From Octopus sinensis (Eukaryota), in assembly GCF_006345805.1 (NCBI RefSeq), contig NC_043004.1:15872001-15936000 (forward strand): a stretch of DNA of 64,000 nt, given 5' to 3'. This document shows, piece after piece, positions 13,175 to 24,130 of this stretch (its first letter is position 1; each line of letters opens with the position of its first letter). The notes under the pieces are model-generated. The model worked only from the letters and a program-made list of their open reading frames with translations. It was not told the DNA's origin and did not search any database. Both the position numbers and the translations under genes were made by a program.

Positions 13175-13727
13175 CGAGCAAAACGCCCCTGTCCAATGGA
13201 CGGTGCTGAGTTGTCAAACATTTAAACCAAATGTTCTCAAAACAACTTTTCCGACCCTCCCATAGGCTTCCCCTATGGGAAACACCGATTTAACCTAAAT
13301 TTGAAACATCAGCAAAAGAAGAAATAAAGATAAACGTTTTTTCTATTCCAAAGAAAAACGATTTATTCACACATATATGCAACCGAAGAGCTTAAGGTAC
13401 CAGTACTGATAACGCTGTTGACTGGGAGAACACAAACATGGTTTAAAATGTAAGCTTGGCAGGAAAGAAACGTGCCTTTAAGCAGTACAAAAACAACAAA
13501 AAATGGAAGGTGCAGTTATGTACAGGTTGGCGGAAGAAAGTCAGGGCAAAAGCGGCTTTATCGATCGCATACTCTCCTGGAATCGATTTTTGTATTTTTT
13601 TCAAGATTTGTACACGCCCTGATACCTTCGGTATGTACATATCAAATTTGAGCGCAGTCGGATGGAGGATGCCCGAGATCATTGAAGACACACATACAGA
13701 CAGACAGAAAGAGTTTTATATAATAGA
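13175..13727 (-). mobile_element. Non-autonomous Helitron-like element (~553 bp)
   Basis: The minus strand begins A|TCTATTATATAAAA followed by a (TCTG)n stretch. It ends with a gtcca-t-tggac hairpin (13191-13201) about 15 nt before CTCG|T. Inserted between A and T with no TSD. Confidence 0.75.
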
Positions 13728-14295
13728 TATATATTGCTTATATACATGCACAATGGCATACATACATATATACATAAATTGTGTTTTTCCAATCACTTTC
13801 TCTTTACCAAATCTTAAGTTTGCGGTGTCATTGACCTCTAACCCATGGAGCTGTAATTCTATTTGTTCTGGGGTAAATTTTTTCTTGATCCACGTTGCGT
13901 ATTTGCAAGTGTAAAAATATTTTAACTCTTATCTACACCCTACACTAAGATGTAATTCATCCCCATCTCTTATGAATTCACTTGATACTCAAGTAATTGC
14001 TCTAGCTACTTTGTCTATCATCGTTGAGCACACCAAATGTCCTAAAGAATAAATCACATAGAGAAACCCAATATATTCGCACAAGTATATAAAAATAGTA
14101 GCAACGTATTTGTGAAACCAATTTATTACTCGGTTTCACACCTTGGAATTCAGCTTGTTTAAGATAATCTGGAGTAATATCACTTGAAGTAAAATGTGTG
14201 CTACCAAGAATATTCATTATAGTGTTTCGCGATCATTCATGATTAGGCGTCAAATTTCAAAACCACATGTATTTATTGGTTCGATTTATTCTCAG

Positions 14296-14500
14296 TGTAA
14301 AGGCGGAGAGATTGGAGAATCATTAATACGATTGACAAAATGCTTAGCGGCATTTCGTCCGTCCTCACGTTCTGAGTTCAAAGCCTACCGATGTCGACTT
14401 CGCCATTCATACTTTCGGGGTTGATAAACTAGGTACCGTTTAAGCATAGAATTCGAGGTAAACGATTTAAACTCTTCCCAGAAATTGCTGGGTTTCTGTG
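14296..14500 (+). mobile_element. OK-like tRNA-derived SINE, degenerate
   Basis: aaaatgcttagcggcatttcgtccgtcctcacgttctgagttcaaa...ttcggggttgataaa matches the 44093 copy. Confidence 0.8.
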
Positions 14501-15584
14501 AAAAGTTTAAAACCATTATTTTTCTGTATAATTCTTAAAATATAAATCGGTAAAACTGATGATATTCAGTAAGCAATAGCTGAGAAAATTTTGTTTTCAA
14601 TATTCCTTGAGCAGTTGCAATGGAGAAATTTCCTGCGGTATTGTAATAATAGTTGACTTCTTGTGACAATGCTACGATTGTTCAGTTTAACATGGCATAT
14701 TTGACAATAGTTTGCAATTTATACGCACACACACACATACAAACACAAATATACACACACAGATATGCATACATATATATATACAACACATGTGTGCATG
14801 TATGTATGTGTGTATGTATATATGTATGTGCATGCAATATTTCTTTTCATCATTTTTATTTAAATCATCTCACCGAAATTCTCTATGCCTAGGCATCAGC
14901 ATATTGTAGAAGTTTGAATATGGCAATTTCTTGTTCGTTGGCAGTCACCACCCCACAAAAAAGAAGTAAAATATAAAGAAATCTAACACGCGAGAATTTT
15001 GATTAAAATCTCCTGAGTTCTAGATATGGGTTAATACGATAACGTCAATGTATCGTCGAACAAGTTGACAAGTAGAAGGGCTAATTTATGAGCAAAGAGA
15101 TCTCGTCGGTTCATATAAATGCCTATCTCAATGGGAAGAATATTAACTGGCAAAATTAATAGAAAACCGAAATATATGTCACTTGAAATTTACTGAACTG
15201 TATTTCCTTGGATTAAATATTCCAACTCTAATGTCAGCTATATCTGTGATATCAATACACCAGATGCCAAAAACATTGTAAGATTTGTGTGAATCACTCG
15301 AAACTATCCATGATATTTGTGTGAACATTTTTGTTTGTCCTCGCATCAGGATTAGATGTAAGTCAATGCATACTGTTATTATATATTCCAATGAATGAAT
15401 TTCTTTGTCTCATATTATTATCTAATTGCAGGTCCGCCTGATTGAGCAGGCTGATAATCCTCCTCACCTATTGATTTAATCTATAGTATACTCAAAATCA
15501 TATTATCCTAGGAATCCCATTTCTGTACGATGTCGATGCGCGCAGTTTGAAGTAGAATTGAGGCGCTACGCCTTACGCGTATGA

Positions 15585-16258
15585 TCAACATATGATCAGA
15601 ATATCCAAGAATGGGAGCTCCTTTTGGTTGTAGTCCATTATGAACAGTATGTTTGGGTTGACGCTGTTCAATAGTCGTTTGAATTTCGGGCGTTTGTGTT
15701 TTCATTCCGGAGGATGAATCAGTTGTCTAGGAATATTTTCCAATTTTCATTTATGTATTGGGAAAGAGGGTTTCCACAGGTAGATAAAGATTCCTGGTAT
15801 ATTATTATTTCCAGATGGCCCATTGTTAGGTTCCCAGTAACCGGAGCTACCCTACTGCCCATAGCAATTCCGGAATATTGCCGATAAAACGTGTTGTCAA
15901 ACATGAAGTTGTTGCTTTGTAGGATGAATTCAACCGATTAAATTATGAATTCTTTGCTGACCCTTTCTGGTATTTCTTCCGGATATTGTTCCTGGCCACA
16001 ACTGAATTGCCTCTAGCCCAAAATTATGAGGCATACTGGTATATAACTTAATCAACTCAAATTAAACCATGATTGTTTCTCCCTAATTTTTTTGGGAAGG
16101 TGATTTAACATGTCCAAGTTATCTCTGATATAGCTATTGATGTGTTTAAGGAAGGGTTTCAGTGTGATGTCCATAAATAGACTTAGTCTGTGCGTTTCAC
16201 GGGCTAGGCCAGCTATAATGGGTCGTAATTATATGTCCCGTGGGTTTGGTGTATGTAT
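15585..16258 (-). pseudogene. Penelope-like element reverse transcriptase fragment
   Basis: Minus strand reads IH...LRPIIAGL..ETHRLSLFMDITLKPFLKHINSYIRD...FILQSNNFMFDNTFYRQYSGIAMGSRVAP..GNLTMG...WKIFLDN...LLNSVNPNILFIMDYNQKELPFLDILI. These are PLE RT motifs 1-7; stops and frameshifts are present. Confidence 0.9.
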
Positions 16259-16686
16259 AAGATTATTAAAAGCCACAAACAACTGAAATCATTAAAAAAG
16301 ATCCGCACAAAAGCAAAATTATTGTCTAAAATAACGGAGGCAAAAGTGAAAGAATGTGGTCGATCAAATTGACAACATGCCCAAATCTTCTAGAAGGATC
16401 AGACTTCCTTATCGAAGAAGGACAAAGATTTAAAATCAAATCTGAATTGACTTGCTTCTCAGAAAACCTGATTTATGTTATAAGATGCTCAAGATGCCAC
16501 CAAAACTACAGAATTATACCCTTTAGTGAACACATTGAGAAATGCACAAAGCAACTGCTACAACAATTTGTAATCTTTCCATTTTATCAATGTGCCACTG
16601 GAACACCAACACAAGTTAGATTAAATACGGAAATCTACTTCATTGAAAAATATAAGCCACAACTTAACCATTTCTTGCATTTTTAA
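16259..16686 (+). pseudogene. Penelope-like element linker and GIY-YIG endonuclease fragment
   Basis: KIIKSHKQLKSLKKI...VKECGRSN*/TCPNLLEG...FKIKSELTCFSENLIYVIRCSRCHQNY[deletion]RIIPFSEHIEKC...FPFYQC...EIYFIEKYKPQLN. The Cys-rich linker and LIY are present; the IGQT segment is deleted. Confidence 0.88.
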
Positions 16687-17564
16687 GTAACAAATCTTAT
16701 ATCAGTGAAAAGAATATAAAGCAAAACTTAACCACTTCTAACATTCTGTTCTTTCAAAACCAAATCATGTTAAATTAATAAAACCTTGTCATTCCCATCA
16801 TTTTTATTATCTCCCTTACACCGAAAAAATCCCTGATTACCTTCCCCTGTCTGGAACTCACATACTTCACATTATAGCAAGGTGATGACACAATATCGCT
16901 AAAGAAATTTGAGAAATTTGAAAAGAAAATATGAAACCTGTTATTTCTCCCAAAACAATGTTACTATACACAAACTTTTATAACATTTTTCTAACATAAC
17001 GATTTAAATATATTCTTCAACAATATAACAAAATTATTCTGTAGTTTTTTCACTCTATTTTGTCTTTTATACATCCAACTACGTCGTGTATATATACATA
17101 TGCATATATATATATACATATATATATATATACACACACATACGACGTGATACTTTTATTTAATACACACGCACACACACACACAAAGACACACAAACAC
17201 ACAGACACACACACATATATATAAAGTGAGAGAGAGAGAGAAATTGTCTGGTTTGACGGATATCGTATGAGGGCCTTCAGCAAGCCGTCAGAGTCTATTG
17301 CGTTCTACGTCATTAATTCTTGATTAATATACCATGTCATCGGCTGCAACTTCATGGCTCTCGGAAAAAATGTTGAGATAGTTCCGATGGGCTGTCAATG
17401 TGGGACTGGGTCTTTCCAATTTAATAGTTTTCAGTACGAGTATGCAATTATTTGACAATATGGAGAAATCATATTAGGTTTGAGTCTTTCAATCCTAACA
17501 TATAACGTTACCCAAGTTCACAATCTACATTCAGTAACATATTTGCATAGTTCTCTTATTTACA

Positions 17565-19105
17565 AACATTGCAGGTGCCACAAATGTAGCGAAGACTGTT
17601 CCTGGCTGGTTGTAATCTCACAGTTTCTTGTTGACGCCTTTTCTTGTCTTTCCATTTCTCCTCTCTTTCTCTGCCACTCCTTTGTATTCCCTCTTTTACG
17701 GTACGTCGCCAATCTCCACAGTTGCTGGCAACTGCTTCCCAATTGATAATATTGATGTTGCAGGCCTTCATGTGCCTTCTGAAAACATCCTTGAAACATG
17801 AGAACGGTCTTCCCACAGACCCCTAGCAAGCTCTCCATAGAGTATGTCCTTGGAGATTCTGCCATCTTTCATACAGCTAACATGCCCATACATCTCATAC
17901 GTCTTTGTGTGAGGAGTGAAACATGCTTGGTATTCCTGCTTGCTTGAGGACATATTTGTTGGGGATATGATTTGATGCGAAGGATTTTCCGGAGGCGGCG
18001 CGGGTGAAAGATGTTTAGGCGACGCTCTTGGCGTGTGTATGGCGTCCAAGTCTCACTTCTATACAGTAGAGTGCTAAGTACGCATGCCTTGTAGATTTTC
18101 ATTTTCGTGGTCTTGGTCAGCTTATTGTTGTCCCATGCCCGTTTGGAGAGTTGGGCCATCGCAGCAGCTGCCTTGCCAATGCGTATATTGAGCTCAGCGT
18201 CAAGGGATAGGTTGTAGGTGACAGTAGAGCTAACATAGGTAAACTTCTCCACCTCCTGTAATCTGTGGTCTCCCATATGTATGTTTGGGAAGTCCGATGT
18301 AACCTGACCCATGATGTTAGTCTTCTTGAGGCTGATAGCTAAGCCAAAGTCCTTACATGCTTGCTCAAAACAGTTGATGAGCCTTTGGAGGGCTTCTTCT
18401 ATGTGTGATACCAGAGCGACATCATCAGCAAATAGCATCTCCTTGATCAGGACGCTTCTGATTTTGGTCTTGGCACGCAGGCGCGAGAGATTGAACAGTT
18501 TCCCGTCACTTCTACTCTGCAGAAACACTCCATCATCTGATGTCTGAAAGGTACGTGACAGCAAGAGCGAGAAGAAGATGACAAATAACGTAGGAGCGAG
18601 GACACAACCTTGCTTTACCCCGTTTCATATTCGGAAGGCGGCTGATGTTGAACCATTGTGCTGTATGGTGCCTAGCATATCATCATGGAAAGACTTGATG
18701 ATCTTCAGCAGCTTTGGTGGACATCAGATTTTTGGAGCAGGATGAAGAGGCCTTTTCTACTTACCGAGTCAAAGGCCTTTGTCAAATCGATGAAGGCCAT
18801 ATATAATGGCATTTTCTGCTCTCTGGACATCTCCTGAAGTTGGCGTATGGAGGATATCATGTCAATAGTTGATCTGCTTCTTCTAAAGCCACACTGCGAT
18901 TCTGGATAAATTCGAGAAGCAAGTAGTTGTAGCCTAGCCAGGATAACGCGAGCAAACGTCTTTCCAACAGTGCTTAGAAGAGATATTCCACGGTATTTGT
19001 TACAATCACCACGGTCACCTTTGTTTTTGTAAAGCGTAATGATATTAGCATCCCGCATATCCTGAGGGAATGTACCTTCTTCCCAGCACTTCCCAGTAGA
19101 ACTGT
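17565..19105 (-). pseudogene. RTE-clade LINE reverse transcriptase pseudogene (5'- and 3'-truncated)
   Basis: CWEEGTFPQDMRDANIITLYKNKGDRGDCNKYRGISLLS...ESQCGFRRSRSTIDM...AFIDLTKAFDSVSR...VKQGCVLAPT...EMLFADD...KFTY.SS...TLLYRSETW...DGRISKDILYGEL...GRP...DWR. Several frameshifts. Confidence 0.95.
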
Positions 19106-19247
19106 TACAAAATGTTTGCCTCCATGACCAGGATAAACAGGAAAGTATTAGAGAGCTGAAAAGAATGATAGCATGATATGGTAGGTTACAGGTAGTAATC
19201 TCGCTACGCATGCAAGATTCAAGAGCTCCAAACCTGTGAGAAAGAGA

Positions 19248-19318
<71 letters not shown>

Positions 19319-19345
19319 GTAGTAGTAGTAGTAATAGTGGTAGTG

Positions 19346-19385
<40 letters not shown>
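19248..19385. repeat. (AAT)n then (AGT)n compound microsatellite
   Basis: Read directly from the sequence. Confidence 0.97.
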
Positions 19386-19444
19386 AGGTTGAGCATCATA
19401 GCCATGTGTTGAGAGGGATTCTTTGGGGTTTGAATAATAATAAT

Positions 19445-19850
19445 GTGTTCTACTATAGGTACAATGACTGTAATTTTGGGGAAGGTGAGAGTCGATTACA
19501 ACGAACTCACTGCGGTACAAGTACTTATTTCCGTATCAGGACAATTAGCCACATAGGATATTTAGCCCCTCTCCAATTATCCTAGGTGGGTAATTTCCCA
19601 CGACAACAACTACCCACTGAGCCAATTACCTGCTTGGTTAATTGCCCCCTCTCTAATATTTTAAGAAGTTTTAAATCATCATTTGTTGTCCTCAAGAGTA
19701 ATTGTCCATGGTGGGGGGGGGTAAATGTCCTAGACTCACTTATTTCATCGACCATCAAAAGGATGGAAAGCAATGTGGACCCTGGCGGTATTTGAACTCA
19801 CAACGTAAAGACAGACGAAATTCTGCTAAGCATTCTGCATGGCTTGCAAA
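19445..19850 (-). mobile_element. OK-like SINE interrupted by a 206-bp insertion
   Basis: gtacttatttc ... atcgaccatcaaaaggatggaaagcaatgtggaccctggcggtatttgaactcacaacgtaaagacagacgaaattctgctaagcatt matches the family; split at acttatttc. Confidence 0.8.
19532..19737. mobile_element. MITE with 9-bp target-site duplication (Mutator-like)
   Basis: acttatttc is duplicated at 19523-19531 and 19738-19746. Ends cgtatcAGGACAATTAGCC and (reverse complement) gagtctAGGACATTTACCC are in register; internal repeats of ggacaatt/aattgtcc. Confidence 0.75.
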
Positions 19851-20864
19851 CTATTCTCTCTTATAGATAAATGTATTTTACTAAATATGTAAACAAGGCC
19901 ATATATATATATGCATGTGTGTGTATGTGTGTGTGTTTGTGTCTCTGTGCACGCGCGTGTGTGTGAACGTGTGTGTGTGTATGAAGGTACGTATAATTGT
20001 CTGTAACTGTTACATTTGTATATTTTTCATTACTCGTTGCCAGAGTAGAATTTACGCTCATTACGTTCCATTCTTTCTCTACAGTTTTCCTTTTCACTAT
20101 TTTATTTTGAGGCATTTGTATTCATTCATTATCTATTAAACATGCATGAGGTTACAAAGATGGATAAATAGTTTTCCATGTCCATCCATTTCTGCTAGAG
20201 AATATGCTGTGGTCGCTTTATAGAAACAATATTTACAATGGAATTCATTGTTTAGTGTCGCTCTTAGAAACACATTCTATTCAAAACACTCTCTATTCAA
20301 AAGATTGACAAATATGTTGTCTTTCGTAAAAATGTGTTGCAGAAAGCTAGACCTAGAATTAGTTTTTATAACTCTTTACATAGTAAAGTACATAAAACAT
20401 GTATAAATAAAAATGAATAATATAGACATGGCTAAGTGCCCTGATAATTTTTACTCTCTATTTGTATTTTCTGCAACACATACAGAGCATTGGATAATAA
20501 GTTTTAGTTGACATATATTTCGTATGTCAGAGCATGCGCATATATGCATATATAATACATACACTTTGTGAGAAAAGTTTTTAGAATTTCGTAACATATC
20601 TTAAAACATTCGTCAGCGTATTTGTTCCAGAGTATAAAACTGTAATCGGCCTCTGAAAGCTTACCATACTTCAATTACATACATACCTTCTTACATAGCT
20701 AACTTCACAAAGATCTCTAAAATATAACTACTATAAATTGTGTAATGCGTAACCAAGTACATACATTGCACATATTGAACTCGCGCATTTATATACATGT
20801 GTATGTGTGTGTATCTGTATACACACATATTCAAACATAAAAACACACGCACATACACACACAG

Positions 20865-20895
<31 letters not shown>

Positions 20896-21256
20896 GCTTA
20901 TGTGTTTGTATGCCTATGTAAGTACGGGTATATGCTTACTTATTTTTATGTAGACTTCTACTGTATATTCAGAAGGATATAATTGTTGAAAATAGCTTGA
21001 AATGAAATAGGTTTTTCGCATTTAATTCGTTTCAAAACTTTCGATCAAAGATGTGTGTTCTGTATCAAAGTACTATAGATTAGAAAGACTGCTTCTAAAA
21101 CCTAGAGGTTAGAAGTACATAGTCAAAGTCTTACATTGCCCTTTGTCGGAGATGTATCTATAAAGGGAAGATGGCTGCATATTACATACAGAGAGAGAAA
21201 AGAGAATTAGAGAGGCAGAAAGAAAAGTGAACTACAATGGCATAGAAATAGTGAAA

Positions 21257-21445
<189 letters not shown>

Positions 21446-22359
21446 CAGCAATAAGATTATATATTGATAGATTCTGGAGCTGAAGCACACAGAAGTTTAG
21501 ATATATTAATATGAATACAATAAAAGCGTGTATCCGTTTCATTAAAATTTTCTTCGTCCATTTAAATATGACCATAATAGATTAGTCGATATCCGCCTCA
21601 ATTGGTAATTCAAATCTTGTACTTATTCTGACGTCTCCTTCTTGCACAAAACTCTTGGTTGCATATCGCTCTTCCTAATTATAGAGCGGTACCTGCGCCG
21701 AAATCTGGCAAATACAAAAAGATTTGTCTGTTTCCATACATTCACACATACACACAGTGTCATATACATCAATCTATATATATACGTAAATGCCAAACTA
21801 TGAGAGCAGGTGATCAACACCATATTGGTGCGTGTAATTTCTTTATTTGTGATTGGTTTCATGTTAAGAAATGAAGGAAAATATCTTAATTTTTCAAGCC
21901 TCCATTTTAGAAAATACATTTATATACGTGTGTGTGTGTGTGTGTGAGTGTGTGTGTGTGTGTTTGTGTGTGTGCGTTGTGTGTGGGTATGTGTGCATGT
22001 GTGTCTATAAGTTATATAATGTATCATATGCATATCTATCATTCTATTTATCTGCTTATATATATATATATATATATGTGTGTATGTGTGTGTGTGTGTG
22101 TGTGTATCGTTGTTCACGAGTGTCCATCGTCCATATTTCTTTTCCTCACCAGAACGTGTTTATTTTATTGCATGGGCATTCAAAGGACTGGATGTTTTCT
22201 TTCTCTTCTATCTTTTAGAAAATATTTCTTCCAGCTTTCACTATTTTCCTCTCGTTATGGTCCAAAGACCCTCCATGTTTGTTCTTGTTCGCTTTCCTTA
22301 TATGTCTCCACTGTCCTGTTTTTGTTCCCAACATTGACACTATAAATCCTAAATTTTAT

Positions 22360-22550
22360 TTAAGAATTTATGGGAGTAGCTGTCGTTCAATGGTCGCTCG
22401 AAATGTGGAGTAGATACACAGCCAACAACTGATGAAGGGTCGTTTACTTGTTCTGTTTTCCATTTTTCTCTCACTTTTTGCGTATGTAACTCTTTGTTTT
22501 CGTATTTCATGTTTTTTACCCAGTTGGTGACGTCATGTACCCATATATGA
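22360..22550 (+). mobile_element. Probable Penelope-like terminal relic
   Basis: gctcgaaatgt (22396-22406) followed by ctgatgaaggg (22429-22439) and a T-rich tail ending gtacccatatat in a TA-rich tract. Confidence 0.4.
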
Positions 22551-22573
22551 ATATGTATATACATACATACATG

Positions 22574-22608
<35 letters not shown>

Positions 22609-23111
22609 TCATATATATATGTATGCACATTATATGATAGCGTATTTGTGTTCTAAATTATATATTTATTCAAGTAGTTAAACCATCAAGGCTGTAATTT
22701 GAAACGTGCTATGTTTCATATTAAATGAGTATATTTCGATTTCATTCCACAAAGAATTCATACAATAACCTAACTTACCGCTTCTGAATTGTAACCCAGT
22801 TTCAAGTATTCAACTACCTTCTAGAATCTGTTCGTATTATGTATCAATGAAGCTCTCGAAATGAGCAATAATATTATATATCCTTTTTTGCTATGTTTTT
22901 GAGAATGATATGTTCATTCTGTTCATCTCAATTCCATCTAATACAAATACAAATTCTTATAAACTTACAGCTTATTCAGCAAAAGAAATCTTGAGCACTT
23001 TACTTTGAAAACGGTAGAAAATATTTGCTTCCAGTTTTATGTCCATTTCATTTCTTGACTAGGCGTTGCATTGAAATAGTAGCTTATTATTTTATGCTCT
23101 TACTTGTTTAA

Positions 23112-23330
23112 ATCATTAGACTGCAGCCATGCTGGGGTACCGCTTTGAAGGATTTTCAGTCGAATCAATTAATCCCAATTCTTTTTATCTTTCAACTCTA
23201 TTACTTATTCTATCGGTCTCCTTTTCCGAACTGCTGAGTTAAGAGGATGTAAACACACCAGCATCGGTTTTCAAGCGGTGGCAGTGGGGAGAAACGCAGT
23301 CTTCTTACCACACAGCCACATCTGCGTCTA
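23112..23330 (-). mobile_element. SINE of a third family (head gtggctgtgtggtaagaag), internally deleted
   Basis: ttcttaccacacagccac end shared with the copies at 61672-61815 and 62890-62995. Confidence 0.65.
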
Positions 23331-23744
23331 TGTTATTGAATTATTGTAAAATATATCTTAGTTTGATTATATTAGTAAATATATCTCGTCGACATTTTAT
23401 TCAGTATCCCAATATGAATCCGTGTTACTCAAGTTTATTGCATGATTAAATGACGTAGATTTAAATACAGACTTTTTACCAATACGTATGTCTCCGAGTC
23501 TGTATCTGTGTTTATGTTTAACTCGATATGAAAAATGGATAATGTATGAATTCATAGTTAAAATGCCTTAAACGTTAGAAATACTCTGAAAGTCTCTTGT
23601 CAATTCGAATTTTTCTTAAATATATTCTTCGTATGTTTGTCGTAATTGCATTAATACTTAGATATTACTTTTACACTTCGTACTTTAGAGTCCCCTAAAT
23701 GTCATTTAAGCCATACTGATCACCAAGTATTCTTTTCCACTCTA

Positions 23745-24130
23745 CGCACAAAGCCCAAAATTTGGCGGGTGAGGGTCCAGTCGATTAGATCGACCACAGT
23801 ACTGCAACTGGTACTTAATTTATCGACCCCGAAAGAATGAAAGGCAAAGTCGACCTCGGTGGAATTTGAACTCCCAACGTAATGGCATACGAAATACCTA
23901 TTTCTTTATTACCCACAAGGGACTAAACGTAGAGGGGACAAAGAAGGACAGACATAGGTATTAAGTCAATTACATCGACCCCAGTGCATAACTGGTACTT
24001 AATTTATCGACCCCGAAAGGATGAAAGGCAAAGTCGACCTCGGCGGGATTTGAACTCAGAACGTAACGCCAGACGAAATACCGCTAAGCATTTCGCCCGG
24101 CGTGCTAACGTTTTTCCAGCTCGCCACCTT
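23745..24130 (-). mobile_element. Tandem (dimeric) OK-like SINE
   Basis: Two consecutive copies of ctggtacttaatttatcgaccccgaaag.atgaaaggcaaagtcgacctcgg (about 23808 and 23991). Only the 23890-24130 unit carries the head taaggtggcgagctgg on the minus strand. Confidence 0.92.

Noticed and set aside
13780-14220. Protein-like minus-strand reading with stops (FIRDGDELHLSVGCR*ELKYFYTCKYATW...) and a plus-strand NPWSCN (LRR C-cap-like)
   Set aside because: Neither extends to a recognisable domain, and no LRR repeats lie upstream.
23745-24130. tRNA genes or a CRISPR-like array suggested by A/B boxes and recurring gtcgac-rich repeats
   Set aside because: These are SINE heads and bodies. There is no cloverleaf, no regular repeat-spacer pattern and no cas genes, and the context is eukaryotic.
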